DNA of 64,000 nucleotides, from assembly GCA_013115125.1 (NCBI GenBank), contig JABANN010000086.1, positions 1 to 64,000 of the forward strand, in the 5' to 3' direction. The number at the start of each line of letters is the position of its first letter. Within the stretch, counting starts at the first letter, position 1. Shown here in pieces: positions 50,800-63,413 of the stretch. Under the pieces are notes generated by a model. It was not told the origin of the DNA. It searched no databases and worked only from the letters and a program-made list of their open reading frames with translations. The DNA is from Perkinsus olseni. Its lineage: Eukaryota. The translations under genes were made by a program, and so were the position numbers.

Positions 50800-52230
50800 C
50801 TCCTTGCAGGCCGTTGAACGAGACGCCAACCACAATCGGGGAGGCAAGCGTTTAGGTGGGAAAACGGAGGACCTCGATACCACTAAAAGCCAGGCTGAGA
50901 GTAATCTCCTCTGTAGAGTGCGATCTGTGGATGCCCTTACTGCGCCTCAGTCGACAGAGACCGTTGTCGAACGTGCCGCCGCTGTATCGAGTACGAACAG
51001 GAGCTACGCCATAAGAACCTCCACGTGAGCTATCCAGGCCTCCCTAGTAGCCCATTACGCTCAATCATAGGCCGAGATCGAGCAGGAAGCCGCCCGGCGA
51101 AAACACGGCAGTACCGTTCAGGGTGGTCTTACCGGTGTGAGAGCAGGAGCCTTCATTGGTAACGGCAACCTTCGCTCCGCTCATACTGCTGTACTGATTT
51201 TTGCTCAGCTCGGCGTCCTTCGTGCAACCCTCATGTCACCAGCTCTCCTATTATGGGCTCGTGCGCAGCCTTCGCCGCTCTCGCCCCGGCAGTGTTCTCT
51301 TCCAGTGATATCGTTCCGTGCCTTCCGGTTTCTACTGCCCTCCCTCAGATCCTAATGTGACACAGAGTGAGCTCCTCATCGCCAGCGCTGTTAAGTTGCA
51401 TTACGTCCTTCGAGGAATCAAACGACAGATCGGCAAAAGGCGGCAGCAGCTGATAGGGGTCTGTTTCTCTGACTAGCATGCCGTGAAGGATTGCGACACA
51501 CCGCAGGTTGTTGCGCCACAAGAAGACAAGCCGCAGGCGATACACTCGGAGCAGGAGAAGTACGCTGTTCTTGATAGAATGTTCCTGGGATTCTCCTCGG
51601 TCAGGCATGTTTGGTATGTTTCCTACGCGGCCTTCTGTCACATGCTGTACACAAGCGGTGTGAGTTGGATGACCACAGAGCAGATGAGAGGGGCATTCAA
51701 GTGCGAGGGTGGCCCATATTGCCATACTATCAACACCAGCTTACAATAAAAGAACTTACTTTACAATAGCTGGTGTATTCAATAACAGGCCTATCTATTG
51801 CTGTAGATATATAGGGGGTATAGAGGGATGTGATGGTGTCATTGTTTGCCGCCGCGATGACGACGATCTGAAAGCTGTTGGGATTTCTTCGTAAGGACTT
51901 TCATGCCGTGCGTCCGAAGCGCTAGATATATCATTCAAGTACATAGTTACTTAGATATAGTGATCTCGCCTTCAATATTGGACGGCAGGGCTGGCAACCT
52001 CCTTTTCTGCATCAGGGGCGTCGATTTGAACCAGTCGGGTGCTGTCCATCTCACAGAGTTGGCGCAAGTCATCGCTGCTATGGACCACGACTGCAAGCAG
52101 CTTCTCAACGGCTCAGTTCCTTCCGATGAATTCCTGGAGAAGGCAAGCCTCTTTCACGTGGGAGCGTCTTCCCCTCCTTGCTTCTCTGTCAGGTTCTCGC
52201 GGCCAGTGAAACGGTCTCCTTGACACCACG
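50800..52230 (+). CDS. Hypothetical multi-exon gene with Cys cluster and one EF-hand-like loop; structure unresolved
   Basis: Exon-like segments ICGCPYC...CRTCRRC (~50920-51020) and DLNQSGAVHLTEL (~52023-52060). Confidence 0.3.
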
Positions 52231-52582
52231 GAGGAGTACCCCTGTGTCACGCCCCGTCACATTCGTCGAGCAAATAAGATCATTGAGAAATCATGAGTAG
52301 CCTTTCCGCCAACTAAATTGATCCATCCCGAGTGCTTCCGCACTTCCCGAGAGCGTACATGCCTGTGATTGTTGAGCTCAGTGTCACTTTGGGAACGCTC
52401 ATGAGCTAGCCACCAAAGGCCACTGTCAAAGTCGCGCAGGATCGAGCTGACACGATCCGTTTGACTGCCTTCGTGAGGGTGCAGACGTGCCGTTATGTAT
52501 TCGCATCCGAATGGTGGTGGTGATAGCGAGAACAGCGTGCCTAAGCTCATCACGCCCATCACATTCGTCCCGGCGATCTTCA

Positions 52583-55500
52583 ATGAGCGATCAACGCCCG
52601 GAGAAGTCAGTTCATCATAATCAGCAACCCTGCCTTACCGAAATTATCAGGATTACCCGCACCAGCAGCAAAACCGACGTACCATGGACAGAGGCTACAG
52701 TCAAACGGGGAGGCGGAGGTCACTAGGAGTGAGAAATGCTTCGACGCTCGAACGTCGCAGACGACTGAAGCCCCGCTAGGAATACGTGTATAGCGCGGAT
52801 GGAACCATAGTTGGGCACGATCGAAGCACCGAGCCACCTGCAGGCATCAGAGCATCAACACGTGAGCCTGATCGGAGCATCAAACCGGATGATGTGGCGC
52901 CAGGCGGGTCTTCCTCGAAGCGCGACAGCAGCAGTCGGGGAACCACACGCTCGAGTGAACGCTATCACTACGATAGGGAGGACATCCACGACTCAGCCGA
53001 GGATGACTCTGAGGCGCCTGTTGTGAGCTGGCACTGAAGCCTGGCATCGCTGTAGCCTCTCGACAGGTGAGAGAGCTCATGGCCGAGTACATCGACAAGC
53101 TGTACCACCAGAACTGGGCCTTTGCTTGGTTCCTTGAGATGACCCATTTAAGTGGGATAGCTCAGAGAGTGTAAATCAGGCGCACTCGAATCGTCATTGA
53201 TATCGAGGCCGCAGATACGTTGACAGAGTTCTCAAGAGCAGGTCAACCTACGAGCATCCCTACTTCCCACGGTAGGCCAAATTGGTATACCTGCCTCTCC
53301 CCATTCATAGTGCCAGACGACGGACTCTCCGACTGCTGTTGACCTGCGTTTCTCTCCTACAGGCTGAAGCTGTACATAGACAGCCCGTCGCACGAACGAA
53401 TGATGGCCTGGATAGTTATCGTCCACTGTATTTTCCTAGGGATGCAGTTCAGCACGGACAAGACGGAACAAAACGAGGAACTGTGAGAGCGACTGCTCGG
53501 GCCTTGGCTGACCGCGGCCGCATCGTCTTGTACTCTCTGGGGCCCGCTGTCTCCTCCTGTTCGGCTGACGGTCGAGAGCAAAGACGCTCATGCGTCCGCG
53601 GGCAAATCCAGGGAGTTAAACTTAGGCTGGCAAGCTTCACAACCCTCGAGCAGTTCTTTGCAGTGTTCTTCATTTTCGATATTTCACTGAGGCTGCTGTG
53701 TAAGTCTGTCTTGCTCACCGCTCGTCCAACATCCTCTCTGATTGTGCCAGGTTACGGACATCTTTACCTTCTCTACAGCAAATGGTTCTCGGCAGAGGCT
53801 GTACTGGTAAGAACTATTCCTGGCCGATCCCGTTCCCGAGGCCGTCCCCGTCCGAGTGACTGAGTAACATTATTCTCAGATTGTTCTCTACGCCCTCGCC
53901 GTGTGGTCGGACTCCACCTCGAAGACGCACGACCTCTTCCGCGTTTTACAGTCATTCCGTAAGTCGTGGTGAGAATGGACTTTCGCTTGGCTTGGTGAGC
54001 AGGGCCTATTCAACAGGCTAAGCTCATCCCCCATAGCGGGGCTCACCCGTGCTAGTCTAACTAAGCCGTACTGTCGGCGTTGGACTGCAAACTCAAATAC
54101 ACATGAACCTTCAGCCGCTCATCCACTATCATGCACGCCATTTCCGTCTTATCATTGGCAGGTATAATACGGCTAATACGTGTCATCAGAGCGGTCCGAG
54201 TCTTACCATTCTTCCGAGTCGTGTGGAATATGGTCAGAGGCCTGGCGTCATCAGCAAGAACTCTCTTCTGGACGTGAGGCATTCCAGCTGCAACATACTT
54301 TCCGTGTTACATTGTTCGAGGAGCCTCGTTATGATAGGTACGTTTTGATAGCGTCGGTGTTGTTTATATTCTCCATCTTCGCCGTGGAGATCATCGCCCG
54401 GATGGAAGTCTTCAAGTGAGGACCGCGGCAGCAGGTTTTGCCCCTGTTCCTCTCTCTCTAAGCTGTGTCCATGTGGACCTGCTTGTCGTAACCATTCAGG
54501 GGTGATGCAGCAGTTCAAGAACACTTTGGAAGCGTCTCGCGTGCCATGTTCACCCTATTCCAGGTCATGACCCTCGACTCCTGGGCAGCCATCGCACGGT
54601 GAGTCTGGGATAACGCTGATGGTCATGAATTATTGATAGCAATTATTATCATCACTTTCCCCAGTACTGCAAGTGTTATTGTGATTCTCACTGCCTATCA
54701 GGCCCATGCAAGCCAAGGCGCCTGGTACCGTGACTATCTTCTTCGTGGCGGTGATACTGGTGAGGACGCTGTGGCGACTTTCGAGGTCGAATGTGCCGCT
54801 GATGACGATGCAGCCCTCTTGCGGCCAGCGCCAGATTTCTCTAATTCAGTGCGTGGTGATGGTTCTAATGAACCTTATTACTGCTGTGATCGTTGAGAAC
54901 GCTTTCTCTATTGCGAAGGCTGATGCCGAGGAGCAAGCCAAGATACGAGAACGAGAGAAGCAGAATGATGTAGCAATGGATGTATCCCCTCTGAGCCGTC
55001 CTTGCGGTACATCATCGGAGCCGGGCTCCTGCTGCTGGCGAGGGAATGATGCTGCTGTTCTTTCCATTGCACCCAGCCTGGCTTGTTCCCTTAGATTACC
55101 AGCCTAGCGAAGTTGTTCAAGGAGCTGGATGCTGATGGAAGCGGAGAGCTGTCCTTCGATGAGTTTCACGAGGCTGTCCTGTACAACAAAACCGTTCAAA
55201 ACAAGCTCAAGGTGGATTCCGCTTCTTTCCGCTCGCTACTCCCACAGCTGTCTAAGAATTTGGTCAACCCCAACGGGGAACAACGGGGAGACGCCACTTT
55301 TGCTGGGCAGCTCGGGTTGCCCGAGTCTTAGTCCTTTGCCAGGTCCTGGACCTTGAGCCAGATGAGATGGAAGAACTCTGGACGATCCTTGATGTTAGCG
55401 GTGATGGCAGCCTCACTGTTGAGGAGTTCTCCAATGGGCTGAGACGTGTTAAGTCGGCCATACAGTAGGCCGCAGTTCTCTCTACGGTTTACAGCTGCTA

Positions 55501-55941
55501 CGCTTGGCAGGAGCAAAGATCTGATGGAGAATGTTAAGCGAGTTTCAGTTCTGATGAGGAAGATCAAGATCGTATCGATGCAGAAGAGAATCCTACCATA
55601 TCGGTGCTGGTCTTTTTCTGTTAGGCACGCGGCAAACTCCGCAATGTTCAGAAGAAAACAATCGATCTCGAGGAACGAGTAGGCCAAAGGACTTCAGAGG
55701 CCCGAGGAGTCCGCTGTTCGAACCAGTGTTTCAAACCGCTTTTCAGGCAGCAGGAGCTCATGCTGTTGTTGGAAAGGTGGTGACCAAAGTTAATCGCTGT
55801 GCTCAAATAACCGAGGCTTGTCCACGGTGGAATGAGCTGCTTCCCCTGGAGATTAAGCGCCCCTCAGAGCAGAATGAAGAAGGCGGGGAAAACTCCGTAA
55901 GTAAATCAGATACACAACCGAGGTTTTTAGCTGCGCAGTAG
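52583..55941 (+). CDS. Single-domain (6TM) voltage-gated Na+/Ca2+-type cation channel with two C-terminal EF-hands; multi-exon, start uncertain
   Basis: S4 FRVLQSF|RIIRLIRVIRAVRVLP; S5 YVLIASVLFIFSIFAVEII; pore FGSVSRAMFTLFQVMTLDSWAAIARP; S6 VLMNLITAVIVE; EF loops DADGSGELSFDEF and DVSGDGSLTVEEF. Confidence 0.88.
54050..54102 (+). repeat. Short dispersed repeat copy inside an intron of the channel gene
   Basis: TGCTAGTCTAACTAAGCCGTACTGTCGGCGTTGGACTGCAAACTCAAATACAC is the near reverse complement of 36696-36750. Confidence 0.75.
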
Positions 55942-57354
55942 CCTACTGCCAGTAGGTCTGACTACTGCAGGACTGTGTAGGCCCCGCGGCAGCTGCGTCA
56001 CTCACCCTATCGTTCATGTTAGTTGATCGGCTCGATGAACTGGCCTGACTCAGGAGCAGGCGTCAGGCCAGCTCATCGAACTGCAGGAGTCCTGCGTTAT
56101 CTTTCAGAATTCGAGCTCCGTTGCCACCGAGTGACGAAAGCAATGCCAAAATCGCTCGATTATTCCCTGACTGCCGACGCGTTGTCTCATGTTTCAAGAG
56201 AGGGTGTTGCGCACAACCAACAGTCGGTCTTGGCTTGTACGCCGATCTGAAAAGGGCTTACTGCTCATAACTTTTTTCAAGTAGTCACACACATCAAGAA
56301 CCATGCTGTGTAATCTTCAACTCTGGGCCCACCCGTCTTATCCTGATGAATGATTCAGCGTGAATCCAGGGTGCCCGATCGAATTCCTGAATGATGGCGG
56401 CGTTAGGCAGCGTGCGCGTATTGATGCGTGCGGATCGTTGCGTTACACAACTTGGGTGACATATCTTCCCTGCACAATGGTCGCTGCAACGTCCAAACAG
56501 ACAAAGTTACTGATACAGGCGCGACAAGGGCACTACATAGAGTTAGGGCGGATCATACTACTAGCATCACACTAACCTGAGGTGGCTGCTCAACTCTCAG
56601 GCCGTGAACGTCTTGCGGTGGGTGCGTAATAATGAGGTGAATTTGAAGTTCGAATTTTGAACCCTTGAATGTTGGGAGGCTGTTGCCAGTTGCAGGTTGT
56701 GGGATGCCGGGATGCCGCTACGCAGGAGAAGGTAAACTTTCACACACGGTGTGTGACACGCATACACCGGTGCTACCGCTGGCAGAGGTTTAGAGAGACT
56801 TGCTCGGGTAGAAATGCCCTGGATGACCCATACGATATGACTCACAAACTTTACAGTATATCGCCGGTTCTGGCTTAGAGTCTTGCCGATGTGCTCAGTT
56901 GGAAACTTTCTGCAGCGTTGGCATGCACTGAAATAAGACAGGTTGTCACGAAGCTTTCCTCAGGGGTGCATTCAACCAGAGAAGCTTCCTTTCCTTCTGG
57001 CAGGATCCGCTTACACCTCCGAGGTGCGGCGTCTACGACCGTCACACGAGCCTCGCCCCAGTGGGCCACCACCAACATCATCTTCAGGGCTGAAAAAGTC
57101 CTCCAATCAAATTGATTTTCCCTACATCATGTAACTTTACTCGATGAGCCGGAAGACAATCAAGTCAGTGGCAGCAGGGTACAGCACGTACCGTCAGCAA
57201 GCGACACACGATGAATGTTCAGCACGCCAGAAATGGGAAACCACCTGTTCCTTGCTCTCTTGCTTTTTTCGAGCTCGAAAGAGCCTCTCTTCTATAGTTG
57301 GAATTCCACAGTAGGAGCGCTTAGAACACGGTGATTAGACCGCGCTGTAGCAGC

Positions 57355-57430
57355 TCCCTCTCGAAACAAGATACATCGGTGCTAGTCTAACCAAGCCTGT
57401 CCTCCACGTTAGACTTGAGACTCGCACACA
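57355..57430 (+). mobile_element. Short dispersed repeat insertion flanked by apparent 12-bp target-site duplication
   Basis: CGCTGTAGCAGC (57343-57354) and CGCTGGAGCAGC (57431-57442). The insert is absent at the homologous site upstream of copy 2 (~27787-27805). Confidence 0.55.
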
Positions 57431-57486
57431 CGCTGGAGCAGCACCTGTCAATAACTCCAAATCACTTGCCATGTAGTTCCTCGCCT

Positions 57487-59245
57487 ATGACCAAACAGAC
57501 CGCCTTGCTAAGCTCTCTGACCGTAATCGTCTCGATAGCACCATCCGATGGTGACCATCGTCATACCAAGCAGCTATTGCTCCGGGAGGTGTGAACCCCG
57601 ATGTTTCAAGCAGACTGAATATGACCTTCTACGATCCAGACACACACTCAGAGGTAAAGCGGGCTCAGGATCTCCCGCTCGCTGTCACTGGGCGGTGAGC
57701 CTCTTCTCCCGACTTGCTCTAGCGAAGAGTGTGGTTCTTGCAGACCGTCATAGGATACGTCGAGCAGGCAGAATCTGAGCCACTCAGGATCACCGACGTG
57801 GCACATGTGGAATATTCTACGGGGTGGTGATTCCCAGTAAAACTTCCCTACATCGTCGTTGCCTCAGGGAATGTACCTGGCTCGGATTCACAGTTTTGGC
57901 TGATGAAGATTTGCTGAGAAAATGCGATTTATTGCTAAAACATAGAGTCTCCAAGAAAATCAGAGCGGGGACTCCGCCCTCATTGAGGGTGCAGGGGGCG
58001 CGCAGGTTCACGTCAGAAATCCTGCGAGAATGCGAAGAGCTTTTCCATGACGAGAGGAATGCACTCTACGGCTGGAGTAGAGTGATTTTACGGGACACAT
58101 GGGTGAGGCTACGGTGGTCAGAGGAAACCTTCTTACTTCCCGTTGACTTCTCAGGACGCTGAGTACAAGATCTTCTGGAGCAGGAAAGAAGCCAACCAGC
58201 CTTTAAAACTCACAGCACTGAGAGTGCTGCTAGATCCAGAAGGCAGAAGGAGCTGCCTGTAGGCTCGACGTGTTATTATTCGAACCCGATTTAAGTGATA
58301 GTGGCAGAAGCCTAATCTTTTATGAATACATCGGGAACGAATACTACTAGCGCTAGGGGGCCAGTGGATTGCGTGCCAACAAAATTACCGGAGGATGCAA
58401 GTCAAGTTGACTTGATTTGACTCCGACGCTGGCAAAACCCTGATCTTTCGCGTGTTTCGACCAAAGCTCTGTTCGGCTTGTCTCGGAGCTGTACCATATA
58501 GGTGTTTCTGCGCCAGAGGCTCTCTGGCAGGGCGGATAGGCTATATCCGCTAACATGGATGGCGAAGATAAACCTGGGGTTGACAGCCGCTGTTCATTGA
58601 ACAGTGCCCACGGTGGACGGTCCCCACTTCGGGTGACCGAAGCTACTCCCGCTTTCTCATAGTAGGGGATTTGTTACGCACGGGAGCGCTGCTGGGATGC
58701 GTGCGGTTTTGGGTGGTATTCTGTTTTCTTTGTAGTGCAACTAGGTGGCCTAGTCTAGTCAGCGCTTTTGGATTCTCGGTGTTCTTGATAGGTCCGTCAA
58801 GCCGAAGTTAGCGTGTACAGGCTACACGAGCTGCTCACCCGCAGCGAGGCAGTCGTGCCTCTACCCAATGGTATGTGTCGACTCATATGTCATTCGATTA
58901 AATTAGGGCAACTACGTCCACCGGAGTTGTTATTAAAATTGTTATGAAAATGGCGGAGCGAGGAATACTAGTCTTTCCAATTTCACATCAAACTAGCACA
59001 TTGAGTTCATCCTCAGAGTATAAATGGGGCTTATCTAACAGGCAGCTACAGTCTTATAGTGGCTACATCTCACCATCTGGCAGTAACGTCTCCTTTGATA
59101 CCTGGCCGATGCCGCTTCAAGAAGTGAAGATGCGGAGCGATGATCCGACAACAATGTTTTCACAACGTACCAGATCCCTCATATTGTACACTGGCTCACG
59201 ATGGGCTCTATCAAGACCTACAAGACTCAAAAGCCCAAACCTTAA
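57487..59245 (+). pseudogene. Lineage-specific family, copy 5 (subtype B), frameshifted
   Basis: Same exon layout as copies 2 and 4, but with a 14-bp insertion in exon 1 (57546-57559) and a 1-bp deletion in the KPKFSV exon (~58808). Confidence 0.75.
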
Positions 59246-59749
59246 TAAAAGGAATTTCTGGTGGTGGCAAGAAGGATACTCTCATTTCTTGTGAGGCGAG
59301 CTTACGATTTCATCCGAATGCGCCCTCTTTTCCGAGCGAAGTCCCCCTATGTTGTTGCTGTATGTGTCCTCGGCTGTACTCATGAAGATTTGGTGTTGTT
59401 CTGCTGTCCAAACGATCTGTTGTATTCTACGTAATCCTGCAAGTTCAGTTTTGGCGTAGATATTTGGCTGGGGAGTCTTTTAAAAATCTTGGCGCAACCG
59501 TAGAAGAGCAACGTGAGATCACCCAGTCGCACACCTGTCTCGGTTGTTGTGTGTTGAAACACGTGACCGGGAATGGGCACTTGCCTCCAATGAAGGCCCT
59601 CCACAAGGCCTTTTCCACGGCCATTTTCCCACCTTCTTTCTTCGAAGTGCCTGGTTAGTGACTGGGTTGGTTCATTTACTAAGCTAAGATATGCCAATAA
59701 GAGGGAGCACGCCGTCTCCCGCAAACACCAAGCTATTGCCGCGCAAGTT

Positions 59750-60470
59750 CGCTCCCTTTGAATTGAAAAAGGCGTGGCTTACTGTACCCTGTACTGCTCG
59801 ATGCATGAAGGAATATCTTTAACAACCCTCAAGCTGATTATTGGCCATTCCAGGCTGAAAAGATTTCTCGGTTCCTATTGTAACCTTCGATTTTCATTCG
59901 GAATCACTCCTACCGTTCACTCCACGCATGTAACAGGTACGAGGGTCAGGTCCTAGAGTGAGCAGTGACAGGTAACGAGGAGCATGTCGGCTCGCTCGAA
60001 CAAGACTACACCCTCTGCCACTGCATCGATCGAGAGGACCCAGCTTGCAGTGTGATCGCCGCTTGAGACAGTCTCAGGGAGATTACCGTCGTTTTCAGGA
60101 TATGTCTTACGAATGATCTCGGTCACACGCTGGTGGAAGGCCCGAGCGCCTTCCTTCGTCACCGCTGCGGTGACACCGCATGCGCTATATCAAGTCCAAA
60201 TGGAGGAGGAACAACGTAGGACCGTCCTACGTAGGCGTCGTATTCATTACTCATGCTCTGCTTATTGCGAGCTCGGTAGTCATTGTTTGCACAAGAGTCA
60301 CCGAGTCAGCGAGGGGTCTTGCAGCGGGAAGGGTATTGGTGGCAGCGTTCTACCATACGATTTTACTTACATTCCATATATTCAGGCCGAGTCATGGCTC
60401 GCATGACCGCACTTAACGATGTACAGCGAGGCATCGACAAGGCAGCAGATGATGCCATGATCCGCCTTTT
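59750..60470 (+). pseudogene. Deleted/degenerate paralog of the 37817-39011 membrane-protein gene
   Basis: Shares TTCGGAATCAC.CCT.CCGTTCACTCCAC, ACGAATGATCT.GGTCACACG.TGGTGGAAGG, ATCAAGTCCAAA.TGGA.GAGGAACAACGTAGG and GATGTACAGCGAGGCATCGACAAGGCAGCAGATGATGC. It lacks the acidic repeat region and part of the TM segment. Confidence 0.75.
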
Positions 60471-61108
60471 CTTCGAGAGAGGGCGAGGATCTGGCCGTCG
60501 AGGATAGGAGACACACGCCCTCTAACGGAAGGCTTATGCGCTTGGCTGCAACGAAAACAGTTAGTGCCCTAAGGGTAGGATGCCGGTTATCATTTCAGGC
60601 AAGTGGGGATGAAAATGGTTCCTTCGATTAGAGCTGGGAGTAGCAGGCTGCCATACAGAACAACAGCAGCTCAGTCGGGTGAATCGTCTAATGTTCTAGT
60701 TAAGACACCGTAAGATCTTCGGCTAGTGAGGACTCCGAAGGGTAGCATGCAAGATCCACGCAAGGCCAAAACCATCGGCTCAATGCATGGTTGCCTTTCA
60801 TTCGTAGTTTGTACTGCATGAACCTTGCATGAGCTTGCCTTGAACAATCATCTGTGTTCAGGGCGACGATGTCATCTGTATGACAGCTACGGATGTGCCC
60901 CCTCCCTAGCCCGACGACTCACTAGCCCTCCCGATAAGCGGGACGATAACACAGCGCCAGCAGATCATCAAGGTTAACATCATCAACACAGAACAGCACA
61001 TCAGATCATCGACATCAACAGCAGATAGATATGCCAGTTCCCGTCCTTCTTGCTAGAGCTGGGCTGTCTATCTAAAAATTGGCCTTTTCAAGAGAATTCC
61101 TAACGAAA

Positions 61109-62284
61109 TTATTTCCTCGTGGAGGTAGCGGCTTTGCTGTCGGTAGACGCTGCGGACGACCAGCTACCTTCGTTGTGGGAGAAATATAACCGTTTGTTGT
61201 TGTTGAGGTCAAACCTAACGTCGTATGCTCGGAAGAGCGGATGTCCTAGTACAGTTATTCCAACATAATCACGATCGATATCCATTCGGCACCAGTGGGA
61301 GTTGCACGAGTGAACATAATGCTTGGGCTCTATCCTGATATCCATCATTCGAGGCCCGTCACCTATTGTATATCCGAGGGTAGGTAGGTAGGGAACAGCC
61401 TCTCTCCTCAAAATGTTAGGCCACACACTTTCGATTATGAGTTCACTTTTCCTTGTCATATTCAAGTTTGCCCCATCCTTCTTCATGGCTTCGAAGGTCA
61501 CCTCGAGGATATTCTCGAAATCCTTCACGGGTATATAAAGCGATGAGGCTCCCGCGTCCACGAGGGCGGGCTTGCTGTCAGCGTTATCATGGTGGATTCT
61601 CAACTTTTCACCATGCGAGTCGAAGAGGTCGAGCGGCGACAGTGAAGCAGATATCTTCCCATCAGACAGGCGGCTTCTCTTCCTGCTGAAGCCTATGTAT
61701 GCGACACTGGTGGGGACGGAATCTTCCAGCGTTAGAATTCCAGTGATACCATCTCCTAACGGACTAGCGTATATCGAGTACGAGAGGGTGTCGATCACTT
61801 GCTGCCTCACGAGCTGTTCCAAAAACGTTTCTGGTATATTGGCACGGCCGATTGAGAGACCAAGTATGGGAATGGGGACTTGCCCATATCCACCGCTGTG
61901 ACCTACGATCAGTCCAAACTTGAAATCCTTCACCATCTGGTTCCCGATGCCAAGGGTAACACTGTGCTCCACATAGTTATAAAATTCATCACGACCATAA
62001 AGTACCCTCCACTCCCGTCTCAAAAATATGTCATCACAAGGGTTCTCTCGAGGACAAAAGTAACACCCGAAGATGCTCTGCAGACAGCTACCGAAGCCGT
62101 ACATCTTCTCGTACCAGGGACCGTAGAAAGCGAAGCTCCTTGCCCCGCCAGAGCTCAAGCTGAACTTGGTTGCTTGACCGTCGAGGGACAGGCTCACGTA
62201 TCCACTGGTCAGCGGCAGACTAATCGGCTCAGGTGCAGCGAGGGAAACGAGCGCCCCCGCAAGAAGAATTCTTAGTGGGCTCAT
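61109..62284 (-). CDS. Secreted pepsin-like (A1) aspartic protease homolog with altered catalytic motifs; intronless
   Basis: Signal peptide MSPLRILLAGALVSLAA; V-x-LDGQ, FKFGL, ILGLS, LVDAGASSLYIP, VLGHPLFRAYDVRFD. The first DTG position reads LSSGG. Confidence 0.85.
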   Translation of the reverse strand: MSPLRILLAGALVSLAAPEPISLPLTSGYVSLSLDGQATKFSLSSGGARSFAFYGPWYEKMYGFGSCLQSIFGCYFCPRENPCDDIFLRREWRVLYGRDEFYNYVEHSVTLGIGNQMVKDFKFGLIVGHSGGYGQVPIPILGLSIGRANIPETFLEQLVRQQVIDTLSYSIYASPLGDGITGILTLEDSVPTSVAYIGFSRKRSRLSDGKISASLSPLDLFDSHGEKLRIHHDNADSKPALVDAGASSLYIPVKDFENILEVTFEAMKKDGANLNMTRKSELIIESVWPNILRREAVPYLPTLGYTIGDGPRMMDIRIEPKHYVHSCNSHWCRMDIDRDYVGITVLGHPLFRAYDVRFDLNNNKRLYFSHNEGSWSSAASTDSKAATSTRK

Positions 62285-63311
62285 TGGTGATGAGGGAATC
62301 ACTTCAACTTAACCAAGAGCCACAGGCTGGATCAACGGAAAAGATATTTCGCACGAATTAGGTCCGCTGTCTCGGTGGATCTGCGCTCGCCCACCCGTTG
62401 TAGCCTTCTTGGTTGACGGGCTCAACTCGACGTGTAGATATCCTTATGCGGTAATAAGCAGCAGATGTGCAATTACCGAGGGATCCGATAACAACTACAA
62501 CGAGTAAACGGTCATAGCTAATAAAACGGTGACGCTCGAGGAGACGCTTACGTTAACCGTCTCCGAGACAGCACGTGAAGGGCGCACGCCGTGGCGGGCG
62601 AGCGACAGGTCTCAACTCGAGTGATACGAAGTCAAAAAGGATGATTAGTCGGTACGCCCGTTTGATAGTGGCTCAACTAAGTTTGGACCTGTCTACGAGT
62701 CTGGTTGTGGCCCTGAACGCAGAAGAAATACAGATTGGCCCCTTCGCCACGGAACAACTGTCCCAATCACAGCCCACAAGAACGACTCCGGACACCGACC
62801 TCGAACATATTCGCTATCTGCGTAGCCGTGGAAATCAGTTGAGCTGGCCAGACATTCACTCTCTCTCTTAGGGTTCGAGCTGCCATGCCATCGAGTAACG
62901 ACTGCAGTGTCAAAGTCACTTTGCCTTTCCCCTGTCTCAATCTTGCCTCCCGTTCCGAGAGTGGGTGTTGCGCGCAGGTGGACTTCCGTATTGTAGAAGG
63001 GTGTACCACTTGCCTTCTGTTCACCGGGTCGTGCGGCCGATATCGAATGTTCTACGGGACGTCTATTCGGGCGTATCTCTCGTAACTTTTTGGTAAGAGG
63101 CAACTGCCCGCCGAGGTCCAACCGAGGACCTCGATGCTTGTTATATTACACTCCAGCCTCCCCGGTCTTATCCTACTGAATAGTTCATCCAAAGATCAGG
63201 GACGAGACTGATACGGACACTGCGGATGAACACCTTCCTGCTCAACGACGGCCCGCTCCACTGCGAGTTTGATGCTGCTACAGGGCTTATGGGCACCTAC
63301 TAATGTCCCCA

Positions 63312-63356
63312 CTTTTCCCGTGACTCCTTTTTCCGTGACTCCTTTTTCCGTGACTC
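63312..63356. repeat. 15-bp tandem repeat x3
   Basis: CTTTT(C/T)CCGTGACTC three times, just downstream of the NTMT1 stop codon. Confidence 0.9.
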
Positions 63357-63413
63357 TTTAACACAAGGGAACGAGTTGGAGAAACAGGACTTGTACGTTA
63401 CTTCAGCGGCTTC

